Below are positions 20,106 to 30,800 of a stretch of DNA of 64,000 nucleotides, in pieces (position 1 is the stretch's first letter; every line of letters begins with the position of its first letter). Made by a program: the position numbers and the translations under genes. The notes below the pieces were generated by a model. The model had not been told where the DNA came from and did not search any database. It saw only the letters and a list, made by a program, of their open reading frames with translations. Source of the DNA: an uncultured bacterium (GTDB taxonomy: Bacteria; Chloroflexota; UBA5177; JANWHV01); the NCBI GenBank assembly GCA_963827235.1, contig CAWHAE010000017.1, positions 189,287 through 253,286 on the forward strand. Direction: 5' to 3'.

Positions 20106-21926
20106 ATGTCCTGGATAGCGCACCGTTCGGCTGCGCAGACGCAGGGTCCTTGGGCGGCGATTACTCTGAGCCTCACGTGCTGCCTGGTCCTCGCCGGCAA
20201 TAGCTGGCCGGGCGCAAGGTTGCTCGCTCCAGTAGGGGCCCAGGCCAAGTCTGACGCTCGCTTGGGGCTGGTCGTGACCGCCGACGCACTCACCGTAGCC
20301 TCCCAGGATCCGCGCGTCGCCCTCGCCACGCTGCGCGATTCAAGCCGGGTCGTCGATCGAGCGGGCTGGGCATTCAGGAGTGCCGACGGAGGGAAGTCGT
20401 GGATGCCCCTCACCTTTCCCGACGACCTGGTCGAGCCAGGCGCGGCACCGGTACGCTATGATTGGTCGGCGCCGCTGGCCGATGTCGACGGGTCTCATCT
20501 GTATCTCAACAACCAATTCCGTTCCAGCCCAGACAACAGCGACCAGGGCGTCTCCACGTCGGATGACGGCGGTGCGAGCTGGTCCGCGCGAGATAATCCC
20601 CAGGATTCCGACACGATAGGCCACCAGGTTCTGGCCGTTAACCCGCTGGTTTCCGGAGAGGCCTATGCCGAGGACTCCACGTATGCCGGCGGTGCCGATC
20701 AGCTGCAGCGCTCGGTCGATTTCGGCGCGCACTGGCAGGACATGGCAAGCATGGACGCTCTCACGCCCAAGGGTGTCGATCCTGCGACGGTGCATGTGAG
20801 CTCCCTGATCCCGGATGCAACCGTGCGTGGCCGACTCTATGCGACCGTGGACGACATGCAGGGGGCGCCACGGCTCGACACCTGGAGCGTCGACGATGGG
20901 TCGTCATGGCATCAGGTGCAACTGCCGACCGGGCTCAATGTCGCAAACCTGCAGATCGGCACGGACCCGCATCTTCCCGGCCAACTTCTCCTCTATCCAG
21001 TGTGGGGCTCCGGGCCGGCGACCCCGTACATCTACGGTACCATGGACGGCGGCAGCACCTGGCGCCACGTTGCCTGCCCGGGCGTTCTAGACGGCACGTG
21101 CCCGAAAGCAGTGATCACCAACACGTTGGGCGACCGTCAGTCGTTCGGGCTGTATGCCGACGGCTTCCACGCTTTCACCGGTGCCGGGCCGGCCGGGCAG
21201 CGACTCGCCGTCAGCGGCAACCTGCCACTACCGCCCCAGGACATTCGTGCCCTGGCCGCGGGCTCACACGTGGGCGACCCCATCTTCCTGCTCGGCAGCA
21301 CCATCGCCACGGAACCGGGGCTGGTCTATGAAAGTACTGATGGTGCACGCCACTGGACCGAGGCATTCGCGGGCACGCTCCCGACGCTGGCGAGCGCAGG
21401 TCACGCTCCCGGCGCCGTCTACGTGGCTCAGACGCACCACGAAGTCGCGCCTGCCTTCGGCCCGATGTACCGCAGCCTCGGCCTGCAACAGATCGGCTAC
21501 CCCATCGACGAGGCATACACCCGGAACGGCGACCTCGTGCAGGATTTCGAGCGTCTGGAGCTAGTCAAGTCGCACGCCACCGGCAAGGTGATCGTGGCAA
21601 CACTGGGCCAGGAGGTCTGCAGCCACCTCTGTCCAAGCGTCGCGACGGCTCCCGTCTCCGCTCAAGGCGGAGCCATGTACTTCGCTCAGAGCCGTCACAC
21701 GCTGGATGGCGCCTTCTCGACATACTGGCAAAAGCACAGCGGATTGCAGGTGTTCGGCCCACCGATCAGTCAAGCAATTGCCGCTCAGAACGGAGATGGG
21801 AGCGGGCGAACCTATCGCATACAATACTTCGCCAACGCTCGCCTGGAGCTTCATCCGGAATCTCACAATACCGTCCAGGTGGGCTTGCTAGGCGACGAAG
21901 CGCTCAGGGAGCGCGGCTGGGCCTAA
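20106..21926 (+). CDS. Secreted BNR/Asp-box beta-propeller protein with C-terminal Chloroflexota-type repeat domain
   Basis: Signal peptide; repeats SADGGKSW, SDDGGASW, SVDFGAHW, SVDDGSSW, TMDGGSTW, STDGARHW; C-terminal GYPI/GPPI...QYFANARLELHPE. Confidence 0.85.
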   Translation: MSWIAHRSAAQTQGPWAAITLSLTCCLVLAGNSWPGARLLAPVGAQAKSDARLGLVVTADALTVASQDPRVALATLRDSSRVVDRAGWAFRSADGGKSWMPLTFPDDLVEPGAAPVRYDWSAPLADVDGSHLYLNNQFRSSPDNSDQGVSTSDDGGASWSARDNPQDSDTIGHQVLAVNPLVSGEAYAEDSTYAGGADQLQRSVDFGAHWQDMASMDALTPKGVDPATVHVSSLIPDATVRGRLYATVDDMQGAPRLDTWSVDDGSSWHQVQLPTGLNVANLQIGTDPHLPGQLLLYPVWGSGPATPYIYGTMDGGSTWRHVACPGVLDGTCPKAVITNTLGDRQSFGLYADGFHAFTGAGPAGQRLAVSGNLPLPPQDIRALAAGSHVGDPIFLLGSTIATEPGLVYESTDGARHWTEAFAGTLPTLASAGHAPGAVYVAQTHHEVAPAFGPMYRSLGLQQIGYPIDEAYTRNGDLVQDFERLELVKSHATGKVIVATLGQEVCSHLCPSVATAPVSAQGGAMYFAQSRHTLDGAFSTYWQKHSGLQVFGPPISQAIAAQNGDGSGRTYRIQYFANARLELHPESHNTVQVGLLGDEALRERGWA

Positions 21927-22106
21927 ACTGCGCCCGCGACCACTGTCGGGGCAGTCGAGGCGAGACCTGGCATGTGCGGTTGCGGCGCGCGACGTCGTGC
22001 ACGGTCGGCGGCAATCAATTGCCTCTGGGCCCGCTAGTGGTGCCCGAGGAGTGGAGGATATCCGGGCTGCTCCTCACACCTTCCGCCGCTTCGCGGTGGC
22101 GGGGGC

Positions 22107-22522
22107 TCATTCTGTATACACGTCGATGCTGCCGTAGCTCGCATTCAGCGGCTGCTGCGGTACCAGTTGTGGTAACCAGGTCTGCGTCAAATCGACCCAC
22201 CACGACTGCGGCGCCGAGGCAGGTCGCTTGGCGAACGTGGCCGCGTCTCCGAAGCTCACGGTGACCACGCACCGTATGTTATCGTCGACCGCGATCCCGG
22301 TTGGGCCCTGGTCTGCTACCAGCACGACACCCGTCCAAACCTGGCCAGAGGATGGGCCTTCACATTCCGGGCATGACTCTGGCGAATGGATCTCCGACCG
22401 TCATGAAAGAGCTGCCCCTACGGTACTGTTGTCGCTAGCGCCTGTGTTGTTCAGAGGCCGCGCGTGTCGATGCCGCACAAGGTGCTGCGGCCAGCTTCGC
22501 GCCGACTCAGGACACGATGCGT
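22107..22522 (-). pseudogene. C-terminal remnant of a YncE/YVTN-like beta-propeller protein
   Basis: VADQGPTGIAVDDNIRCVVTV...WLPQL...GSIDVY*. The upstream part is degenerate with stops. Confidence 0.45.
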
Positions 22523-22650
22523 GAGCGGGGCGTATCACGTCGATTTCGACTTCTACACCCCGCAGAGCAACGACGTCCACCTCCAGAAAAGATGGGGGCC
22601 GGGCGCATTGCACGCGCTCGCGGCGAAGCCTATACGTCTAGGCAGGACTT

Positions 22651-23499
22651 TCATGTTTCCCTGCGAATGCTTTCCTCAGTAGTCCGGAAGCGTTGCAATA
22701 TTGCGCGTGTCTGGGCATCTGGTAGGTGGGCTGTGACCCTGATGTCGGGGTTGCTGAACAACTGCAAGGTGACATGCTGGAACTCCAGGTGTCCCAGCAC
22801 CGGGTGCTCGACGATTTTCGCGGCGTCCAAAAAGTTGCTCGCCTCGTGATGGGGCCACCAGCGAGCAAAGTCTGGGCTGGCGTGTTTGAGATCCGCAATC
22901 AGTTCCTCGAACCAGGCATCACCAGGATAGCGAGCGCTGGCGGCACGCAATTCCCCCAAGAGGCCTCGCGCCATGTGCTCCCAGTGCGCGAACTGCTCCC
23001 GCGCCGTCGGATTGGTGAAGAAGTGCCAGACCACATTGCGTGTATGTGGCGGTGATGCGTCCGCTATGGCGAAGACGGCATCGGCAGCCTTGTTCCACGC
23101 CAGGTAGTCCCACCGCCGTCCGATGACACACGCCGGGGTCGGGTTGAGGTCATCGAGCAGCTGTTGCAGTGCCGGACTGACGGACTCCTCCGCTGGGAGG
23201 GCGGGCGCTGGCAGCGGTTGCCCCGCGAGCAGAAAGAGGTGCCGCCGTTCATTCACCGTGAGCCGGAGCGCTCGCGCAAGGCTTTCCAGCACCTGCGTCG
23301 AGGGATGCACATCACGTCCCTGCTCCAGCCAGACATACCAGGAGGCGCCAATACTGGCCAGTTGCGCGACTTCCTCGCGGCGCAGCCCCGGCGTGCGCCG
23401 ACGGATACCAGGTGGCAATCCCACATCGCTCGGAGCAAGGCGTGCGCGCCGCTGGCGTAGAAAAGCGGCGAGAGCCTGGTGACGTTCGCTCTTCTGCAT
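22651..23499 (-). CDS. XRE-HTH / MmyB-like transcriptional regulator
   Basis: RRRTPGLRREEVAQLA, WYVWLEQGR, DYLAWNKAA, FARWW, HPVLGHLEF. Confidence 0.93.
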   Translation of the reverse strand: MQKSERHQALAAFLRQRRARLAPSDVGLPPGIRRRTPGLRREEVAQLASIGASWYVWLEQGRDVHPSTQVLESLARALRLTVNERRHLFLLAGQPLPAPALPAEESVSPALQQLLDDLNPTPACVIGRRWDYLAWNKAADAVFAIADASPPHTRNVVWHFFTNPTAREQFAHWEHMARGLLGELRAASARYPGDAWFEELIADLKHASPDFARWWPHHEASNFLDAAKIVEHPVLGHLEFQHVTLQLFSNPDIRVTAHLPDAQTRAILQRFRTTEESIRRET

Positions 23500-23642
23500 C
23501 GCAGCTCCCTTCTTAACCTGGTGGTAGCAGACCTATGACCAAGAAACACTGGTCCTGGTATCCGAGATAAAGCATACTCACGAGGAGCATCAACGTCACG
23601 ATTGCATCCATACGGTCACACGAGAGCGAAGGAGCGTTCGCC

Positions 23643-24356
23643 ATGTCCCCGTCCATCGCCGTGTTCGGAGTCGGCCCCGGCCTTGGCCAGGCCATAGCCC
23701 GCCGCTACGCACGAGAGGGCTACACCGTGGTCTTGGTGGCTCGCCGGCAGGAGCCGCTTGATCTGCTGGCTCAGGACCTCACCAGCGCCGGGGCGACCGC
23801 GCACGTCATCACAGCCGACCTATCCGACACCGATGTCACGCCCCGACTGGCCGAGCAGATTCGCGCTAAGGCCGGCAACCTCGACGCCTTGTACTATGCA
23901 CCCACCCCAGGCACCGGGTTCGTTTCCGCAGCCAACCTGACCCCACAGCACGCCCAGAAGTTCATGCCGCTGATCTTCTACACGATGCTGGCACTCGTGC
24001 AGGAGTTCCTGCCGCACATGCTCGAACAGGGGGACGGCGCCATCCTGACCGCGCAGGGCGGCAGCACCGTGCAGGGCCTGCCGAACATGAGCGGCCCCAG
24101 TCCTGCACAAGCCGCCCAGCGCAACTACCTGCAAGCCCTGCACGCCGAGGTCGCCGAGAAAGGCGTCTACGTCGGTATGCTCTACATCGGTGCCGCCATC
24201 GAGCACAGTGCGTTTCACACCGGGTGGGAGGCCGCCAAGGCTGCGGGCGAGCCGGTCTGGGAGATGCCAACCGTCGATCCCGTCCATCTCGCCGACATGC
24301 TCTGGACCATGCACCGCACGAGGGGCCAGACGGAAGCCAGCTATCCCGCGCGCTGA
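23643..24356 (+). CDS. SDR-family oxidoreductase (atypical active site)
   Basis: GVGPGLG Rossmann motif, VARR; AAGGAG SD; divergent from the MmyB-like regulator. No YxxxK at the expected position. Confidence 0.85.
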   Translation: MSPSIAVFGVGPGLGQAIARRYAREGYTVVLVARRQEPLDLLAQDLTSAGATAHVITADLSDTDVTPRLAEQIRAKAGNLDALYYAPTPGTGFVSAANLTPQHAQKFMPLIFYTMLALVQEFLPHMLEQGDGAILTAQGGSTVQGLPNMSGPSPAQAAQRNYLQALHAEVAEKGVYVGMLYIGAAIEHSAFHTGWEAAKAAGEPVWEMPTVDPVHLADMLWTMHRTRGQTEASYPAR

Positions 24357-24473
24357 GCCGCGTCGACGCTGTCGGCATGGCCAGCCTCGTCCTCGAGCCA
24401 ACGCGCTCGCCTGTAGACCGGCGTCAGGTGCCGGCGGCGATTCGGCAGCGTGTCCTGGTTCATGGAGGTCGGT

Positions 24474-24788
24474 GTGCCGCAGCCGCGCCGGTATCCAGAC
24501 GCTGCGGCCAAGCAGCGGGCGTACCGCCAGCGCCAGGCCGAGACGCGGCAGCGTGAGCAGGAGGCAAAGGGCTTACCGTCGGCAGCTCCGATCCCGACCA
24601 TGCCGAGCAGTGCGAGCTGGACCGCGCTCATCGAGCAGGCCCGGCTAGCGCTGGAGACGGCGCGGAACGAGATGCAGGCGTATGCTGAGGAGCGTTCCGA
24701 GACCTGGCAGCAGAGCGAGCGTGCCGGGGAACTGGCGGAGCGTGTAGACGTGCTGGAGCGGGTGCTCGACATGCTGGAGGCGCTGTAG
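24474..24788 (+). CDS. Small helical hypothetical protein (PQPRRYPDAAAKQRAYRQRQ)
   Basis: GGAGG SD plus GTG; basic N-terminal motif followed by coiled-coil-like helices. Confidence 0.7.
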   Translation: MPQPRRYPDAAAKQRAYRQRQAETRQREQEAKGLPSAAPIPTMPSSASWTALIEQARLALETARNEMQAYAEERSETWQQSERAGELAERVDVLERVLDMLEAL

Positions 24789-24820
24789 CCTATCGAGCAC
24801 AACACAATGCTCAAGGCTAC
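24785..24820. terminator. Imperfect hairpin at the end of the small ORF
   Basis: GTAGCCT..GAGCA-N8-TGCTC.AGGCTAC. Confidence 0.4.
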
Positions 24821-24829
24821 GGGCAGCTG

Positions 24830-25420
24830 CTGGTCATCCACCAGCAGGTCCTGGACTGGTGGTCTGCCGGACCACGTGCGCAACAGCCGCCCGTTGCGGC
24901 TGTCGAAGAGGCTGATGCCGCCACCGCCGCAGGCCGCGATGTACCCGGCGAGTGGATCATCGAGCGCCTCACAGAGCGCGCCCGGGGTGGCCGGTGGCAT
25001 GCACCCTGCCGCTCGTGGCGTCCAGCACATGGAGAGACGACTGTCCGGGCGGCGCGCTGGAAACCGACACGAAGACTCTTCCCGATGTCGCGTCTGCGGG
25101 CGACACCCAGGGTATACCCTGCACGCTCAGAATGCTCCGCACTAGTCCGTTGGCGGGATTAGTCGCGACCACGGTTGCCCTGGGCAGCAGCCTGTAGCTG
25201 GTGACGAAGAGCCGCCCGGTCTGCTCGCCAATCACGAGGCTTGAAATTGCGCCCACGACCTGTGCCCGTGTCAGCACGGTCGTAGATAGTACCCGTGCTG
25301 TTCTAGCGTCGAGCATTTGTATCCGTGCAGTACCTTGGGTAGCTGGGTCGTCCAGAAAGACGCGCTGTCGTCGTGCGTGCACGGCCATGGCTGCAACAGA
25401 GATCATCTTGGTAGCAACCG
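24830..25420 (-). pseudogene. N-terminal/central remnant of a YncE/YVTN-like beta-propeller protein
   Basis: MLDARTARVL, QTGRLFVT, DATSGRVFV, VLDATSGRV, LFDSRNGRLL; frameshift near 24970-25000. Confidence 0.6.
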
Positions 25421-25576
25421 ACCACAGCAGCGAAAGATCAGAATAGCGACGCAGACGATCTACGCTGGAGCTTGGCCCGCGCTTGCGCGCTCCTTCGCGC
25501 CGCGGCCCCAAGGGTCCGGATTAGGTCAGCAGCAAGAGTCGCGAGGCCTCCCAAGCTTCGTTGCCGCTGGCGCCGA

Positions 25577-26446
25577 CTACTCGCGCTCGAAGTGGCCGAT
25601 GATGGTCCCGGGCAGGCGCTCCGCGCTCGCATCGCCGGCAAGAATGAACTGGACGACATCTGGCGCATTGGGCTCGTCGTCCAATGTCTGATCTATCTCC
25701 TCGACGTCGTACCCGAGCTCGGCGCCTGTGGTCAGCAGCTGCCGCCAACCGGCATCGGAGGTGCCGGCAGCGCGCTGCGCTGAAAGTACCAGCACAAGGC
25801 TCTCGTCCTTGGTATGCTGCACCGTGATGTCCAGCTCGTCGACACAAGTGCTGCCGGCAATGGCCACGAGCAACGTGGCCAGTCGCTTCGCCTCTTCACC
25901 AACCTCTTCAACACTGCTGCCGAGACCCACGCCGTAGCTGATCTCGTCCTCAGCCATGCTGTCTACGCCTGCGACCATGTCTTCCTCAGCTGCCTCGGCA
26001 GAAGAGTACAGGACTCTCCCGAACGTCTCAGCGGCCCTGCGTCGATCCTCGTCCGTGACCGGCGCGTCGTCGATGCCCTGGTCATAGACGGCCTTGGCGT
26101 AGTTCAGCCGCATGTTCTTGTCGAATTCTCTGTCGAGGCAGACTTCCACGAAAGTAAAACTCACGTCTGGGCTCTTCGGCGCGAACTTCACCTCGTGCCC
26201 CCGATCGCTGAGGTAGTCACTGGTGCGACGCAGGTGTTCCTCTTGCTCGGGAATCGATACGACGTCGCGTAGCTCCTTTGGGTAGCACAGGCGTACGGTG
26301 GGGCCTTCAAACAGCTCTCCGTCGCCCTCACGAATCTGTATGCGGGGGTCGATGGCCTGGACCGCGATCGTGGCATGCGCCACGACTTCCCGGGTATAGG
26401 CGTTCAGCGGATCCTGGCCGGCTTGGCGCTGTCGCTTTCGCGGCAT
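25577..26446 (-). CDS. Hypothetical acidic protein, 289 aa
   Basis: Long ORF with globular composition and a purine-rich SD (GAGAGAGGG); no recognisable motif. Confidence 0.7.
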   Translation of the reverse strand: MPRKRQRQAGQDPLNAYTREVVAHATIAVQAIDPRIQIREGDGELFEGPTVRLCYPKELRDVVSIPEQEEHLRRTSDYLSDRGHEVKFAPKSPDVSFTFVEVCLDREFDKNMRLNYAKAVYDQGIDDAPVTDEDRRRAAETFGRVLYSSAEAAEEDMVAGVDSMAEDEISYGVGLGSSVEEVGEEAKRLATLLVAIAGSTCVDELDITVQHTKDESLVLVLSAQRAAGTSDAGWRQLLTTGAELGYDVEEIDQTLDDEPNAPDVVQFILAGDASAERLPGTIIGHFERE

Positions 26447-26691
26447 GGGTCACCCTCTCTCGCTGCATCAGGCGTGGGCGCCCGGCCGTCACGCCTTCTG
26501 GTCGCACCGCGCTGATGCGCCGGACGATGGGCTATCGCGTCCTTCGACATGCACCTGTGTTCGTGGTGCTCACCCCCACTAGTGTCGTGTCCTTCCGGTG
26601 CAGCCATCATGGCGAGCGTGTTCGGCCCGCCTGTACGTATGAAGCGTAGCACGAGCGCAACAGTCAGGGCGGCAGAAACCTGGAGCGTTCT

Positions 26692-27681
26692 CTAGTGCCA
26701 GGTGGGCGCAGCCAAGCTCCGGCGAACAGAATGGCATTCACGCGTGTACGGCGGAACTGTGCGTGTACTGTGCAGTCGACTGTGCGTGGGCATGCCGGCA
26801 CGTGGGCCGCATACTGCGGACAGTGAGGGTGCACAATCTGCCCACCCAACCCAACTGGTCGAGCGACTGACGAAGGGAATCGAGGGATGATCACACACCA
26901 TGGTCCTCCAGGTGGCGCCGACGTCGTCGCTGCGCAGCCAGGCATGGATGGCGCCCGAATCATCGTAGTTCGCGTAGACTGTATTTGCTTTCACGGGATC
27001 CGGGGCCACGCCGGCCAGCACCGTCTGAGCGGGCACGAGAGTACCGATACTGCCCGTGTCGGACCAGGTCACGCCGCGATCACGCGATATCTGCAGGCTA
27101 CCCGACAGCTCGGACGAGGTATCGAGTCGATACGCGCGCAGCGGGGATGCCGGGCTGATCACCAGTTCGGATTGGCCGGCACCGTATTCTCCCGAGGCGC
27201 CTTACACTATCGTCCAGTGCAGGCCGCCATCGGTGGGGCGAATCAGCTCATTGTAGGCTGAGCCCGGGGTCCACCCTATCCCATGGAGCGCGGCCAGCTC
27301 GAACGAATCATCGGGTGCAATGTGAAACGGATCCACGGTAATCCCACCCCAATGTGGTGGGCTGGTCGGGTCCGTGTTGTCATCGTGCCCGACGAATGGA
27401 TGGCCAAGGGTCAGGGCGTGTCCCAATTCGGACCAGGTGGTTCCTTCATCCGTCGACCTCCAGAAGTCGAAATACCCCTGGGCAAAGTTATCGGAAGACG
27501 CGGCGGAGCCACCGACATATAGAGTTCGCGGATGCAGCGGATCGCCGGTGAGCGAGATGACGTGCATCTGCGCGCGCACAGCGGCTACTTTCGCATCCGT
27601 CGCTCCAGGCAGGTGGCTACCTGCCAGCAAGGCGGTCACGCGCGTTCCAGGAATCACGCACCCCATCACGTTGCCGCGCAT
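26692..27681 (-). pseudogene. Degraded paralog of the BNR protein at 37075..38928
   Basis: SLTGDPLHPRTLYVGGSAAS...WRSTDEGTTW aligns by eye with the paralog. In-frame TAA at 27202-27204, later frameshift and loss of the C-terminal half. Confidence 0.8.
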
Positions 27682-27874
27682 CTCGACCTCACCATTCTTC
27701 AGAAAGGCACCCACATTGGCGCTTCTCGGTACACAGACGCCCCAGTGCCGGCGGGACGTGGCAGCCAGTCAGAATTCTGCGGTCTGGCAGTCTGGAGAGC
27801 CACGGCGGCGACCGTCCCGAGCACGTCCGGTCCTGTCGCTACCTGGACCGCGTCTTGCACTCCCCATCGACGGC

Positions 27875-30800
27875 CTACGACGTGCCCGAGCTTTGTGCCT
27901 CAAGGCCGGCTCGGCGCAGGAATGCAGCCGCTTCATGCGATGGCGATGCCGTGGAGACCGCTTCAGCCGCACGGGAGAGGCGGCCCCGAACATCCAGGGT
28001 AGCGACCAGATACACGGCGCGGCGATCTGCGTCCGCGGGACCGATCCACGTAGCCTCATCCTCATGCGCCATACCTTGCAGCACCGGCCGCTGGCCGTCG
28101 ACCTGGCGATAGATCGCGTAGCCTGCGACGTCCGTGGCGGCCACTGGCGCCCACTGGACAAGGGTTCCGCCGAGGCCCGTGGCGACGCGCACCTGTTGCG
28201 GTGCCGGCAGCAGGCCAAGGACCGCGTGACCGGCAACACGGCCGTCCACAGTCACCGCTACCTCGATCACGTTATCCGGCGTCGAGACCGGCGCCTCGAC
28301 CGCGGACGTGCCATTCGGCGGCACGGCCTGCGGCGTGCGCAACAGCAGACGTTGCGTGAGGCCTGCCGAGACGATCGTCAGCCCAACCGCGACGCCGGCC
28401 GGCGTCGCGGTGACGCCGGTGTTCCGGAGCTGCACACGCACCAGCGACGGCTCACCGGCGCGGGGATGGGCGGCGGCCAGCGTGATCCCGTCGACGCCAA
28501 GCGTCGCGGCACTGCCGGGCGGCACGTCCTGAGCATACAGCCGCGCCCCCGCGTCAAGCAGCGACCCGTTGCCCTCTTGCGGCGACGGCAGGGCACCGCC
28601 CCTACACACGCACGCGGCGACAATACCGGCGGCGCCGGTACGCAAGTCCGTGGCCAGTGCAGTGGTACTAGCGTCTCCTACGGTCAGGGCCAGCGGCATG
28701 AAGGGGCTCCAGCGAGTGCCGTCGAGCACGCTCAGGGCAGGAGCACCTGTCCCCTGCTGGGCGTCGCCGGCGGGCTGCGTGGCCAGCATGGCGATGGTGG
28801 AGTGAGCGGCGCGCGCGAGACGTGGCATGCTGCCAGCGCCCATGTTCCATGTCCTCCACGCTCCGCTGCTCTCGCGCCTCGCCGTCCAGAGGCCGTCGCT
28901 TGACTCTTCCGCCAGCACAGGGCGATTCGTGTCGTCGAATGCCAGGGCATCGCGCCACGCTGCGGAGGGCAGGCCAGATATCTGTCTCGCGGGAGTCCAG
29001 CCCTGAGGAGTGCGCGTGGCGAAGATCAGGCGCCCCATGCCCGGCTGCCCATCCAGCCAGGCAACGCCGAGCGCACCGTCCGGGCTCACGGCAACGACCG
29101 GCTCGTTCACACTGGCCGCAGAGCCTGGAATCGCCCAGGCCGGCTGCCAGCGGCCCGCCTGCCAGTCGGCGCCGGCCAGCGTGCAGCTCCCCAGGATGCC
29201 GGTCAGATCGGCCGTGGATGGGCATCTGACCCAGACCAGTGCCGCCTCCCCCGTAGCCGGGTTCGCGGCGAGTGCCGGCTCGTCCGCCATGACGGGCTCC
29301 GCGGTGACGATGGACGGGCTCGACCACTGCCGACCGTCCCAGACCGCACTGTACAGGCGCTGCCCACTCAGCTCAGCCCGCAGCGCGGAGAGCGGATCGC
29401 GCTGCACGGCGCTCGCCTGCCCGATTGAGGAAGGGCCGGCAGGGCTCGCGACCCACACGGCGAGGGCCCGAGTTGTGCTCAGCCAGGCAATCTGAGGTGC
29501 CGACGGGGATGTATGCGGCGCGCTCAGCGTCCGCGCGGCGCCGCTTCCCAGGCGCGCCCGGAGCGTTCGCGTGCCATCGGCCCCAGTCTGCAGCCAGAGC
29601 ACTGCTCTCGTGCCATCCGGCGAGATGGCGTACGCCGGCTCGGGGTCCACCGGCGGTGTTGAAGGCTTCGCCGTGACCGGAACGACCAACATCTGTGCAG
29701 CCCGTGGCGCCGCTTGTCCGGATGCCGGCCGAGCGGACGACGCTTGGAGCGGCCCGATGCGCCGGGGGCTTCCCGGCGGCGATAGCGTTGGCAGGAGGAT
29801 CCCGCTCGCCGTCAGGGGCGCCGCGCCGCAATCGCCTACGCACTGCAGCGGCAGGATCGTCTCCGTGTCCGAACCGAGGAATGTCTGGCTGAATGTGGCC
29901 GTCACGGAGGCCCTTAGGCCGAAATGCACCTGCGCTCCGCCGGGCACCTCCAGCACGATGGGCAGCGCAAGGCCCAGATTGCCATCTACCTCGGCGGAGA
30001 ACGTCCCTATCGGCGTGGCAATGCTGCCCGTGCCCACGACGCTGAACGTCAGTGTGGGGTCGAGGGTGAACTCGGCCGCATTCAGAGTCCCCGGCACGCC
30101 GAACGCGGCATTGACACTGCCATTGGCGCGAAAGCGCACGTTGACCACCACGACCAGCCCGAGATCGGGGATTTCGAACAGCTCGTTGTACAGGCTGACG
30201 TCGATCGACTTGCTGGCCAGAGGCACCGTCTGCAGCATGGCGCCGTGCGAGAGGTCGGGACCGCCGCCACTGAGCGAGGGTAGCTGCTCGTTGAGCAGCG
30301 TGTGATTGAGCAGGATCAAGCGGGCATGCCCACCCAGGGAGCCGGTCCAGGAGCCGTCGGTGTGGATGGTCTCCTTCACGTCGAGGCCGATATCGCCCTC
30401 ATTGTTCCAGTTCTGGAAGACCTCCGCCGGCAGATTGGCTCCTTCTATGGTGGAAGCGGGCAGCGAGAGATCGATCGGCTCGCTGAACCGGAGGCGAGGC
30501 CGCGTCGGCAGCACGCCGCTCACCTGGTAGCTATTCGTGCCGGCATCAAAGTAGGTGTCGACGGTGCCCAGCACGGTTGAAGCGGGATTCTTCACCGTAG
30601 TGAGCTGGTACGCTGCCACACAGGCCTGATTGCTGCTGCCGACCTGCCACTCCAGGTAGCTCGTTCCGGCCTGAAGAATCGATGCGTCGAACTGGATGGT
30701 CGCAGGCGTGTAGCCGGGCGAGGCCTGGGTGCCGCTTCCCGCGACGGGGCTACCGATCGTCGCCGTGCCGACCAAGGTGTTGGTACCGTTGTGGTAGAGC

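Noticed and set aside
27374-28903. 509-aa plus-strand ORF, and similar long ORFs such as 30993..32765, 32963..34222 and 2605..3684
   Set aside because: Antisense or alternate-frame shadows of well-supported genes in GC-rich DNA; Arg/Ala/Gly-rich with no motifs.
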